IMG/VR virus record: IMGVR_UViG_3300022689_000334
Location: 1-60,400 of that record
Reading direction: 5' to 3' (one strand)
DNA from: a virus
Lineage: Duplodnaviria > Caudoviricetes
DNA: 60,400 bases
Shown here: piece by piece, positions 40,588-49,639 of the stretch
How positions within the stretch are numbered: the stretch's first letter is position 1
Layout: each line of letters begins with the position of its first letter
The notes under the pieces: model-generated
What the model was told of the DNA's origin: nothing
Database searches by the model: none
What the model saw: the letters and a program-made list of their open reading frames with translations, nothing else
Made by a program: the position numbers and the translations under genes

Positions 40588-41390
40588 AACCGGGACTGGA
40601 GTACGCCAAGCCAGACTTTGATAATCCACCCCGCTTCCTGGCCCATGCCAGGGTAGCTATCTTCCTGGAGGTGGAGCAGATGCCGGTTGTCCTGGATGAG
40701 GGTGGGCGACATCGCATTAATCGCAATCCCTATGATTTTGGGGATATGAAACTACTCCGGTTCCGGTTTCCTTTTGACACCTTTGATGATCTGGCCTGGC
40801 TGGAGCGATACCTGGACAAACACAACCTGGGCAGCGGGGCTGGTCAGCCCGAGGGAGAGAAGTTGCTAACGGCCATGGAAGAGCGCATCTCTCGCAGTAG
40901 GCCCTATAAATACCGGGAGTTCGTGAGTGCCGTAAACCTGGACAGGAGTAGTCATCGTGAGTGGTGTCACATCTCAGATAGGTCTTACGCCTTTCCGAAT
41001 GTTGATCTTAAAGAGCACATGCGGACCCACAGCCGGGGCTATCGGTTTAAGCGGTTCCTGGACTACAGGCCTGAGGATCAGCCGATGACAAGTAACCGCT
41101 TCAAGTCAGGGGTCAGGTTAACCTGCACCTGCTCTCAAGGTTCTGTCCTCACCCCGTCGCTGGGGTCAGGGGCCTTGTCTCAGCTTGTCCCCGGCCTGAG
41201 AGCTGGATTAGAGCGGTGTTTTGCCTACCAAAAGGAACTGCTTGATGATGGTTACCTGCCCATGTATCGGGTTCGTCAGTGGCAGCAGGGGCACTTTGAG
41301 GAACAAGAACGAATCCGGTCAGCCCCGGTCGTGATGGCTGAAATTGCCGAATTATTTACCCCCCTGCCTGATAAAGCCTGGATGTTATGA
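40575..41390 (+). CDS. Hypothetical protein with C-terminal WML tail (paralogue 2)
   Basis: QKELLDDGY helix; ends MAEIAELFTPLPDKAWML; start may be GTG 40584. Confidence 0.75.
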   Translation: MDAVKPGLEYAKPDFDNPPRFLAHARVAIFLEVEQMPVVLDEGGRHRINRNPYDFGDMKLLRFRFPFDTFDDLAWLERYLDKHNLGSGAGQPEGEKLLTAMEERISRSRPYKYREFVSAVNLDRSSHREWCHISDRSYAFPNVDLKEHMRTHSRGYRFKRFLDYRPEDQPMTSNRFKSGVRLTCTCSQGSVLTPSLGSGALSQLVPGLRAGLERCFAYQKELLDDGYLPMYRVRQWQQGHFEEQERIRSAPVVMAEIAELFTPLPDKAWML

Positions 41391-42040
41391 GAACTCCCCA
41401 CCCCACCCCAGACACCTGCCCCGGTGCTAACTTTTTCCTGTTCCAACGCCTTGACCTGGATACGCTGGAGCTGGAGAAGCGTATGGTTAGGGTGTGTATT
41501 GATTTTTTCCCGCCTGAATTCCCTGCAGTGACAGCCTATTTTTATGACCCAGTGAGCTGGATAGATATGGTCCAGCTGCGGAACGACTCCCGATGCAATC
41601 CCCGGCCCGTCACCAGTTGGAGAAATGTCGTTGCCAACTGGCTCTGGAGGCGCAATGAAGCAAGGAACCGCATGCAATCAACAGCAAGGATTGTCTTGAC
41701 CGGCAGCCCGAGCAATCCAATTTCCATTGCTCAGGCTGTTTCTGCCCTGGCCAAGGAAACCTACGCTATCCAAATCTATGTCCAGACCTCAGGGAGTCCT
41801 GGGGAGGCCCCGGAGGCAATTACGGGTAAGGAAGTCGGGTTCACCCCGGAGGCCCTGGGAACGGCCTGCGATGCGGCCAGACAAGCCGTAAAGTCCTGGA
41901 GATCCCAGGGCTTTGAAGACCTGAGCTATGAGGTGGGTTCCCTTGAGCGTAAACGAAAGGCCATCCTCCATGCCCGTCAGACTTTGGCCGAAGTGGATGA
42001 CTTAATGACCGCAAGACCTGACAAGGTCTGGATGTTATGA
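41387..42040 (+). CDS. Hypothetical protein with C-terminal WML tail (paralogue 3)
   Basis: VKSWRSQGF helix; ends TLAEVDDLMTARPDKVWML; ATGA coupling. Confidence 0.75.
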   Translation: MRTPHPTPDTCPGANFFLFQRLDLDTLELEKRMVRVCIDFFPPEFPAVTAYFYDPVSWIDMVQLRNDSRCNPRPVTSWRNVVANWLWRRNEARNRMQSTARIVLTGSPSNPISIAQAVSALAKETYAIQIYVQTSGSPGEAPEAITGKEVGFTPEALGTACDAARQAVKSWRSQGFEDLSYEVGSLERKRKAILHARQTLAEVDDLMTARPDKVWML

Positions 42041-42639
42041 AAGGGTTTGCCGTTAACCGCTGGGGCCGAGTCGTCCTTAACCCCCTGGATGTTGAGATGC
42101 GAACGCTGGGGGTCAAGGTTTCTCTAGGGCCGATTGAGGACCAGACCTACTCTCTGTTGATTCGTCAGCCTAACTACTGGCTGAGGTTCAGGGAGCACCC
42201 CTGGTCTGATGATGGCGGGGAACGACTCTATCGGAGTGGTATTTCAGCCATCTTATGGAGCCAAACTCGAAACCGCTATGTCATGGGTCATGCGGCAGAA
42301 CATTACGCCAAGGTGTATGGCGTTCCCCGTCCTAATGGCATTTCTGGGCGTGGTGGCATTACCTATGGGTACTATCCGGTATCCATCAGCGTTGCCTACC
42401 AGTTCGGCAGCGATCCATTCCAGGAGTGCGATCACGAACCCGGCCTAACCCCGAAAACTGTCAGGGCAGCAACCTCCCTGGCCTGGGCTATGGCAGACCA
42501 GTGGAAACGCGAAGGGTTTGACTATGACGACGGGGGCCAACTGCTCAAGAAACTTCAGGCAACGGAAGAAGCTCAAAGCATCCTGACTGAAGTAGAGGAC
42601 ATCTTTACCCCCCTGCCTGACAAGACTTTCATGCTGTAG
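42037..42639 (+). CDS. Hypothetical protein with C-terminal FML tail (paralogue 4)
   Basis: ADQWKREGF helix; ends ILTEVEDIFTPLPDKTFML; ATGA coupling. Confidence 0.75.
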   Translation: MKGFAVNRWGRVVLNPLDVEMRTLGVKVSLGPIEDQTYSLLIRQPNYWLRFREHPWSDDGGERLYRSGISAILWSQTRNRYVMGHAAEHYAKVYGVPRPNGISGRGGITYGYYPVSISVAYQFGSDPFQECDHEPGLTPKTVRAATSLAWAMADQWKREGFDYDDGGQLLKKLQATEEAQSILTEVEDIFTPLPDKTFML

Positions 42640-42733
42640 GGACTTTGGCCAAACGACTTTGCCCGAAGTGTTGACAGAGGCTTAAACCATGTTAATATTA
42701 AAGGGTAAAGACAAAACACCAAACACCACCGCT

Positions 42734-43018
42734 ATGAATACCTATGCCGCGTCGTTCGGAACCCCTGGAGTCTCTGCTGAAGTGTTGGACTTTTGCCCTC
42801 AGTGTCGTTGGGCTGGTCGCCAGTGGGCCAAGGCTGGTAATACCACCCTGCCCAAGCACATCCAGATTGGCAGTCGCGATGTCCCCATTGTCAGCTCACG
42901 ACATGAGTGGGCCAAGGCATTTGTAGAGGGATGGCGCGAGGTGCTAAGGGAACAAGGCATTACTCCTGGCAGGAAAAAATCTCGCAAACGCACCCGCAAG
43001 GTTGCCGTTGCTGCTTAA
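42734..43018 (+). CDS. Hypothetical basic protein
   Basis: ATG after a TTGACA...TAATAT promoter and leader motif. Confidence 0.65.
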   Translation: MNTYAASFGTPGVSAEVLDFCPQCRWAGRQWAKAGNTTLPKHIQIGSRDVPIVSSRHEWAKAFVEGWREVLREQGITPGRKKSRKRTRKVAVAA

Positions 43019-43061
43019 TCGTTCACCGTCGTTCACCCCGGCTTAGGCCGGGACTCTGTTT

Positions 43062-43643
43062 ATGCTCAAGAAACTTTGGCAAAGACTCCGTGGGAAAGAC
43101 CCAGACAAACCCATCGAAAGCCTGGATGAACTCTGGTACAAACTTCACCTGCTGCCGGATACTGGCTCTCTACCCTCTGAGGTAGTGGCCCCCCTGCTCA
43201 AGCTACGCCAAGAGGCCATCCAGATCAGTAAGAACGAGCAATATCAAGCCTACCTGATTCGCTGGTTGCTGTTCTCTGCCATGGAACTGGCCGATGTTGA
43301 GCCGCAAGTTTTCTCTCTCAATTTTGAGTCAGCGCATGGGCAAGGTTTTTCTGGTCGGTATTCTGGCCTTGACCTGAGGATGACTCACTGGGCTATCCCG
43401 GTGATGGCTGAGAGTCTGGGCCGATACCTGATAGAGAACGGAGGGCCAAACTACATCCAGACCGGCTTTCAGCACCCCAGCTCAAAGCGCATGTTCTCGC
43501 TCACCCTGGCCTGGGAAGAAGGCAAGATGCCAGCCCTGCAGGTGCAAGAACTGAAGACTGAGGTTGCAGAATTGAAAGCCAAGTTAGTCTGTGGCCAATC
43601 CTGCTGTGCATCTGCATTTGAAGAGGAAGAACTTTATGTCTGA
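43062..43643 (+). CDS. Hypothetical protein
   Basis: 193-aa ORF overlapping the start of the sulfotransferase gene. Confidence 0.7.
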   Translation: MLKKLWQRLRGKDPDKPIESLDELWYKLHLLPDTGSLPSEVVAPLLKLRQEAIQISKNEQYQAYLIRWLLFSAMELADVEPQVFSLNFESAHGQGFSGRYSGLDLRMTHWAIPVMAESLGRYLIENGGPNYIQTGFQHPSSKRMFSLTLAWEEGKMPALQVQELKTEVAELKAKLVCGQSCCASAFEEEELYV

Positions 43644-44652
43644 TCCCACCATCGTAGTTACTGGTTTTCCTCGGTCAGGCACCTCTGCCATGATGACCAT
43701 GCTGGGGGCTGCAGGTGTCCCCCTGTACTATGACCACCCCGTAAGCTATGAGACTGAAAAAGCCCTGCAACTGCCGGGGGAGGGGCAATGGCTTGAAGAG
43801 TGTCAGGGTTGTGCAGTGAAAATTCTGGAACCCCTGAAATTTTCACCGCCTCAGGGATTGTCCTACAAGTTTATCTGGATGAGCCGCCGCGCCCCTGATA
43901 TAGCCACCTCTCAAGCAAGGATGCTTAAAGCCCTGGGAAACCTGGATCTGGGTGCTAAGGAACGACGCGACCTGGCTAATTCCTTCATGGCCGACAAGGG
44001 TCCTTCCCTGCGACTGCTGGAGAGCTACCCAAGCAGCCAGCTTCTGGAAATCCGGTTCAGCGACCTGATCAAGGCACCCCAAAAAACTGCCTTCAGGATT
44101 GCTGAATTCCTGGACTTATCCAGCTCGGTAGTTGAGGCAATGGCCGGGGTTGTCCATAAACGCAAACCTGAACCCCTGGTTCAGTCCTGGGAGGTTCAAG
44201 CTCTGAAGAAGGTAGATGCTTACTGCAGGATGGAAGTGTTCTCCAGAGACCCTGGCCAGGAATGGGAACTGCATCAAGAAATCTCCTTCCCATTCCCCTT
44301 TGTTCTTAAGGGGGAAGACCGCAGAGTAAGCGTAGAGATGCGTTCTGGGGCTATTGTTTCAATCTTGCAGTATCCCCATAAACCCGACGTTCTGGGGCCT
44401 GCTCGAAAGGCATTTACCCCGGAGTACGTTGACCGATTCATACCAGCTCTACAGGCCTCTGGCAGGAGTCTCCTGAGAAGAGATTGGTATGTCATGGTGT
44501 ATGGCAAGGAAGCTGACTGTGATCGGGACTGGCAGTTCTTCTCCAGCATGGAGGTTTATAGGGAACTGGAAAACCACCTGCCGAACGACGGGACCCCGGT
44601 TACCTCTACTGAGGCCCCTGACTTTATCAAGTCAGCAGGAACCATTGCCTAA
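43636..44652 (+). CDS. Sulfotransferase-family protein
   Basis: PAPS-binding loop VVTGFPRSGTSAMMTML, FIWMSR...IATSQ, IRFSDLIKAP...IAEFL. Confidence 0.8.
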   Translation: MSDPTIVVTGFPRSGTSAMMTMLGAAGVPLYYDHPVSYETEKALQLPGEGQWLEECQGCAVKILEPLKFSPPQGLSYKFIWMSRRAPDIATSQARMLKALGNLDLGAKERRDLANSFMADKGPSLRLLESYPSSQLLEIRFSDLIKAPQKTAFRIAEFLDLSSSVVEAMAGVVHKRKPEPLVQSWEVQALKKVDAYCRMEVFSRDPGQEWELHQEISFPFPFVLKGEDRRVSVEMRSGAIVSILQYPHKPDVLGPARKAFTPEYVDRFIPALQASGRSLLRRDWYVMVYGKEADCDRDWQFFSSMEVYRELENHLPNDGTPVTSTEAPDFIKSAGTIA

Positions 44653-44662
44653 CCGGAGATTG

Positions 44663-44710
44663 CCCACAAAAAACCCCTGACCAGTTGCCCGGTCAGGGGT
44701 TTTTTGTGGG
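44663..44710. terminator. Bidirectional rho-independent terminator
   Basis: CCCACAAAAAACCCCTGACC-8 nt-GGTCAGGGGTTTTTTGTGGG between convergent genes. Confidence 0.85.
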
Positions 44711-44714
44711 GGTG

Positions 44715-44909
44715 TTAGCGCCAACGTCGGGCAATCTCGTCGGCCTCTACCAGTACGGCCTCATCATCGGTCAGGGTGGCCATCAACATCCGGTGAGCGG
44801 TGAGGCGCTGCTTCCAGGTGTTCCCCCGGTGCTTCCCGGCGCGGATGTCCGCTGCGGCCTGGCCAATCTCGGTCAACATGGATTCCAGGGTTTCAGGTTG
44901 TTTGGACAT
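44715..44909 (-). CDS. Hypothetical protein (self-promoted cassette)
   Basis: GGAGG RBS and leader motif upstream. Confidence 0.7.
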   Translation of the reverse strand: MSKQPETLESMLTEIGQAAADIRAGKHRGNTWKQRLTAHRMLMATLTDDEAVLVEADEIARRWR

Positions 44910-45429
44910 GGTGTGTGCCTCCGTGGCGTGTTTGTCTTTACCCCTTAATAATGCCCCGGTGCTAAATTTAATGCAACTCTGAAACGGTTACAGCGTAAGG
45001 GTTTCAGCCCTTAATCTGCGCTGGTGAATTTTGTCAGGGATATGTTACGGCAGAATCAGGGTTTCAAGGGTCTCTTATCACGAGATTCAGGCTTCGCCAA
45101 CCGGGACCATTCATAGGAATATCTTGTGGTCACTTTGGCCGAAGTGGGATAACCATAACTGCCCCCTATGAATAGCTGTACTAGAGGGGGCTGTAACCCA
45201 CCAGCAGCAAACCTTACAGAGGTTTGTTGCGAAACGGTTACTTTTTGGCAAAAGAAATAAAGGCACCGTGTTTTTTTGGGGGTCTCTTCATGTCCCCTTT
45301 ACGGAATTTGTACCTAAGCCAAATGGCGTATTGGGCCAACTTTTTGTCTTTACTACCTTGCAACTTTGGCCAAAGTCAGGTTAATATATTAACAGGTAAA
45401 CACAAACGCCCCAAAGGAGGCACACCACC

Positions 45430-45573
45430 ATGAAAACCACCACCACCACCGCCAAGCCCGTTACCCTGGACCGTGAGTTTTTCACCTGGCTGGGTTGGCA
45501 AATTGCCATCAACGTTGCTATCGGGTCTACCTGCGGCTTCGCTGCCCAGGCCGTGGTAAACAACCTTTTCTAG
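45430..45573 (+). CDS. 47-aa membrane peptide (not in ORF track)
   Basis: MKTTTTTAKPVTLDREFFTWLGWQIAINVAIGSTCGFAAQAVVNNLF; AAGGAGG RBS and full cassette promoter. Confidence 0.7.
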   Translation: MKTTTTTAKPVTLDREFFTWLGWQIAINVAIGSTCGFAAQAVVNNLF

Positions 45574-45623
45574 GCCGGAAGGCCGTTCCTGAGGCCCTGG
45601 GGCGCTGCCCTGGGGCCTTTTGT

Positions 45624-46127
45624 TTAGGGTCTGAATATTTGGGGCTGGGTGTCCCCGGCCACATACAGGGGGTGCTTTGGGGTGCCCCCTTGATTCAAAG
45701 CCAAGCAGTACACTGGCCCTTTAATCAGGCTCAAGATAGCCTGCTCCCTCTCCGGGGGGCAGTGGGTTCCCCATGCTGCGATCACGATATGAGCATCATG
45801 GGTCCATCGGGCAATAGCCTCGTCATTTCCGGGGCCGAGGGGGTCACGCGCTTGCCACATGACTTCAGGGTAGGGACTGCGAAATCCGTAAGCATTAAGC
45901 ATGACATAGCGTTCACAGTTCCAGTCCTGGGAAAACTTGATACACCGCCTAACGGTGCGGTCGTTCGTGGTCTCATCAGCGGTGCTGGGGTTTAGCCCAA
46001 TCCAGACCGCTGTTCTGGGGGTGTCCGTGATCGCCCACTGTCGCCATAGCGCATACCGCCAGGTCCTGCAGGGGGAGAATTCTGCCCCGGAGTCATCCAG
46101 TAGTCCGATCTGCACTTGCTCTGTCAT
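45624..46127 (-). CDS. DUF1643 family protein
   Basis: FSPCRTWRYALWRQW, IGLNPSTAD...D.TVRRC, IAAWG, G.PKHPLY. Confidence 0.88.
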   Translation of the reverse strand: MTEQVQIGLLDDSGAEFSPCRTWRYALWRQWAITDTPRTAVWIGLNPSTADETTNDRTVRRCIKFSQDWNCERYVMLNAYGFRSPYPEVMWQARDPLGPGNDEAIARWTHDAHIVIAAWGTHCPPEREQAILSLIKGPVYCLALNQGGTPKHPLYVAGDTQPQIFRP

Positions 46128-46411
46128 GACTTTCCCTTTGCTGTCCAGCCTGGATGCCGCCGAACCTGATTCCACTTGCACACGAACGCCTCGGGTTCCC
46201 ACAGCCATGCTTCTTTATCCGCACTGTAGCGCCCTGGGATAAATGAGCATCGTTCTGAATTAATCATATCTACATACGCCTGAGAGACCTTGACCCAGAT
46301 GCGCTTGGGAGTGACCTGGATAATCTCATTTCCGTACTGGTCAATGTCCCCCACCTGAGGGGGCTTCGTGGCCTTCAGGAATCCTTGCCGGTCTGTGGCT
46401 TTGATGATCAT
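46124..46411 (-). CDS. Hypothetical protein
   Basis: Leader motif upstream; ATGA coupling to the DUF1643 gene. Confidence 0.65.
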   Translation of the reverse strand: MIIKATDRQGFLKATKPPQVGDIDQYGNEIIQVTPKRIWVKVSQAYVDMINSERCSFIPGRYSADKEAWLWEPEAFVCKWNQVRRHPGWTAKGKS

Positions 46412-46487
46412 GGCGGTGTTGGGTGTGGTGTTTTGTGTTTACGTTCAGGCCATCCCCGGAGGTCAACGCCTCCGAGGATGGGGGTGG

Positions 46488-46646
46488 CTACTGCCGACCG
46501 AGCCAGGACACGTACTCAGCGCCAATCTGTATTTTGCGCTGCAGCTCAGGCCCATCCAGGGGTTGAGCAAAATATCTGGCCTTGTCCTGGGCTACCTCAG
46601 GGGACCAACCGTATTGCGTTTGAAAGAACTCAGATAGGGTCTGCAT
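46488..46646 (-). CDS. 52-aa protein (not in ORF track)
   Basis: MQTLSEFFQTQYGWSPEVAQDKARYFAQPLDGPELQRKIQIGAEYVSWLGRQ; AAGGAGG RBS and full cassette promoter. Confidence 0.7.
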   Translation of the reverse strand: MQTLSEFFQTQYGWSPEVAQDKARYFAQPLDGPELQRKIQIGAEYVSWLGRQ

Positions 46647-46742
46647 GGTGGTGCGCCTCCTTTAGGCGGTGTTTGTCTTTACCCCTTTATATTAAGCTAC
46701 TTTGGCCAAAGTTGCAATAGGGGACAAGAACTTTTTTTGGGT

Positions 46743-48458
46743 TTAGCCTGGGGCCATGTCCAGGATGGCCCGAGACCGGCGTTCGCCCCCTCTGAGGATC
46801 TGTCTCTTGACCATGCGGGGGGCGTTGTATGCCAGGACTGTGGCATCTTCAATGTCTGGAGACCGACCCAGATAATTCTTCTTCCTCAGGGTGTCCTTAT
46901 CCATAATTCGGATTTTGCCGTTGGAGTCCTCAAAATACTCAATCTTGGCAAAGCCTGAGAACAACCTATCTTCCAGGTGCCCAAGGGGGGCGCAGGCTAA
47001 ATCATCCCCCATTAAGCCAAGTCGCAGGTTCCAGTATTGCTGGGTGCGTAGGTTCAGGTTCTCATCAGCAACCCCGGCCTTTTCTCCCCTTCGGCCAAAG
47101 TTACACCCCACAGCGCGACACGCAACGCCCCAGGGGTTTTCCTGGGTGTTCTTAATGGCCTTAATGATGTTGCTCAATGCCCCGGCCCCGACCCCGACGT
47201 TATCCACGGCAATGCTGCCGATCTTTGTAGACAGGAGTTCAATGCCAGCGTCACCGGCCCGGCCTACGTCTTCCCGGTCTCCCAGGGTAGGGATTTCCTC
47301 TACCAGATACAGCACCGGCCCCCGCCAACTGGCTCGGGCGTGGGGGTCTCCCCCGTCACCTACATCAAGCCCATGCCGCCAGGTTGACTTCCTGGCCAGA
47401 GTATCCCAGTAGTCGGGGTCTGCATCATACCTGGCCCGTGCGGCCAGCCATGAGGATAGGGGAATGATTGACCGGGCATTATCGGTGGGGAACCACGCAT
47501 CGCACCGGCTTTTCCAGAAATTTGACCCCTCCCCCTTGGTGGCCCTGATCTTTTCAATCCAGTTAATTGACACCGCGCCGGGGATAGGGTCCCTGGGTAA
47601 CTGCTCAGGCCAAGCCGTCTGAGCCAGAACCGGGTCATCTATCGCCTCCCCGTTTTCATCCCGGTAAGTGGCTCCATCCCACCAGACCCCTGGCTTCAGG
47701 ATGAGTCGGGCTACCTCTGGCCTGAGACGATGTACCCCGCTGGACAGGTCTCGTGTATAAGCCCATCGGACGTTGGGATGATTCCAGACCGGCACTCGGA
47801 TGGCTGAGTGTCCACAGGCTGACTCAAAGGCTGTACCGCTGGCCGTTGGGTTACCAATCCTCAAGAGTCGGTTGGCTGACCCCGTCACGCAGGACAGGGC
47901 CGCATCGTCAATCTCCTCACTGATTCCGTTTGCCTCGTCCAGGATCAACAGCAATTTTTCACCGTGCTTCCCCTGAAAGGAGTCCTGGGCATAGTCCTGG
48001 GCAGTGAATCCGATTGCCTGAGCTGCTTCACTCAACCTGAGCCGAAGTGTCAGGCATTCTCCCCCTAACCTGGAACGATTACGCCGGTAGCTTAGGCGTA
48101 TCTCGTGCCAGAGAATATCCTTCACCTGGCTCTCAGTGGGGGCCGTAGTAAAGACCCTGCCCCCGACCGAGAACACGAACCAGAGCACCAACTGGGCAGA
48201 GAGGAAGTCCTTGCCTACCCCGTTGCCAGCGGGGACGTTCGTGATTGCCCGGTCTCGCACACTCTCAGCAATTCGCACCTGTTCTTCAGTCAGGTGCTCA
48301 ATGGCTAAGACTTCACGAATAAACCCTACCGGGTCATGTTCATACTCAGGGAACGGAACGGGTTCATTAACGATGGAGAGGACGCTAAGCGCCTGGTACA
48401 CCAATTGTTCTTTGGATGTCTGCTGCGATAAGTGCCTTTGCTGTAGGGTCGGTGACAT
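46743..48458 (-). CDS. terL: Terminase large subunit
   Basis: Walker A AGNGVGKD, TAPTESQVKDILW, Walker B LLILDEA, IGNP, nuclease GLDVGDGGD, GRSPDIEDA. Confidence 0.92.
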   Translation of the reverse strand: MSPTLQQRHLSQQTSKEQLVYQALSVLSIVNEPVPFPEYEHDPVGFIREVLAIEHLTEEQVRIAESVRDRAITNVPAGNGVGKDFLSAQLVLWFVFSVGGRVFTTAPTESQVKDILWHEIRLSYRRNRSRLGGECLTLRLRLSEAAQAIGFTAQDYAQDSFQGKHGEKLLLILDEANGISEEIDDAALSCVTGSANRLLRIGNPTASGTAFESACGHSAIRVPVWNHPNVRWAYTRDLSSGVHRLRPEVARLILKPGVWWDGATYRDENGEAIDDPVLAQTAWPEQLPRDPIPGAVSINWIEKIRATKGEGSNFWKSRCDAWFPTDNARSIIPLSSWLAARARYDADPDYWDTLARKSTWRHGLDVGDGGDPHARASWRGPVLYLVEEIPTLGDREDVGRAGDAGIELLSTKIGSIAVDNVGVGAGALSNIIKAIKNTQENPWGVACRAVGCNFGRRGEKAGVADENLNLRTQQYWNLRLGLMGDDLACAPLGHLEDRLFSGFAKIEYFEDSNGKIRIMDKDTLRKKNYLGRSPDIEDATVLAYNAPRMVKRQILRGGERRSRAILDMAPG

Positions 48459-49095
48459 GGGCGTTGACGGACTCTGAGATTACCGTGATCAGGTCTAGGG
48501 CTTCCTGGGTTGAGATCCATTCCTGGGCAGAACGTACCCGCCTCAGCTCAGTCTCAGTGACCCGTCTTCGCGTCTCGATTACCTCCATCATTTCATCCCA
48601 GTTGTCAACGTCATGCACACCCCGATTAATCGCGATGTGCAGGGCATTCAGAGCCTCCCCGACTGCATCAGTGTTGCCGCTCTGCATGGCACCGGTCAGG
48701 TTTCGCATGGCTACCCTCACCTCGCGCCATCGCCTCCCTGACTCTGCCGTGTCCAATCGACTACAGAGTTGAGAAATCCTTAGGTCTAGCAAAGCAATCT
48801 GCTCAGAGTTGCTGAGTCGGTCGCCATTGCTACTGACCTGTGCAAACTGGTCCCTCAGTTCCTCCGGTAAATACTGCCGGAAGCTAAAGCCCTGTTCGGT
48901 CACCTGCTGAACCCCAGCAGCAACATCCTGCATCAGGTCCTCAACTTCTGCGTGAACCTCCACGGCCTGGGCTGTCTGCTCAGCCCGATTAGCAGCCTGT
49001 TGCCGATCCCACCTGGCCCGAGCTGCTGCCTGTGCCCGTTGTCGCCTCTCTTCCGGGGACAGCCTGGGATTCCGCCTGCCGTCAACGTTGGTCAT
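48385..49095 (-). CDS. Putative terminase small subunit
   Basis: Immediately upstream of terL; helical, basic N-terminus. Confidence 0.6.
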   Translation of the reverse strand: MTNVDGRRNPRLSPEERRQRAQAAARARWDRQQAANRAEQTAQAVEVHAEVEDLMQDVAAGVQQVTEQGFSFRQYLPEELRDQFAQVSSNGDRLSNSEQIALLDLRISQLCSRLDTAESGRRWREVRVAMRNLTGAMQSGNTDAVGEALNALHIAINRGVHDVDNWDEMMEVIETRRRVTETELRRVRSAQEWISTQEALDLITVISESVNAHVTDPTAKALIAADIQRTIGVPGA

Positions 49096-49106
49096 CCCTA
49101 CTCCCT

Positions 49107-49336
49107 ATGCTAATCATGCTAATAAAGTGCCCATCCATGCGGGTTTCGGTCCCTATTTCTGATGCTAATCTTGGCAACCGGGAACCGATTTACTAAGGTT
49201 TCGGCCCTGGCTTAAGCCACTGACCCCCTTATTCTGCAACGGATGAGGCCGTTTCACCAGTTTATGCTAATTATGCTAATTGTAAAATCCCTGAAATGCC
49301 TGTCCTGCAAGGGTTCATACTAATTCTTATGCTAAT
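49107..49336. repeat. ATGCTAAT octamer cluster upstream of terS
   Basis: Exact copies at 49107, 49116, 49162, 49264, 49273, 49329; variant at 49317. Confidence 0.75.
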
Positions 49337-49402
49337 TGTTTGCCCCTGCCTAAAATCGTGGTAATATAAAGAGGTAAAGACAACACCACGACAAGAGGGC
49401 CT

Positions 49403-49639
49403 ATGTCGCAAGACCAACTAGAAGACATCATTGAGGCCATGCACCGGAACCTGGCTTATCTGGAATCCCTGTTTGATGCCTCGGGCCGACACTTCCAGAA
49501 CTACCCAGAGGCATACACCAGCGATGCCAAGACGATGCACCTGAACCTTGAGAGCAGGATCGGGCGTAAGCGGACAGCTATTGACCAGTACGAAGCTGAA
49601 TTAGTTGCCCTGTTGGAAAGGGAGAGGCAACATGCTTAA
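49403..49639 (+). CDS. Hypothetical protein
   Basis: Leader motif and GAGG RBS. Confidence 0.7.
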   Translation: MSQDQLEDIIEAMHRNLAYLESLFDASGRHFQNYPEAYTSDAKTMHLNLESRIGRKRTAIDQYEAELVALLERERQHA

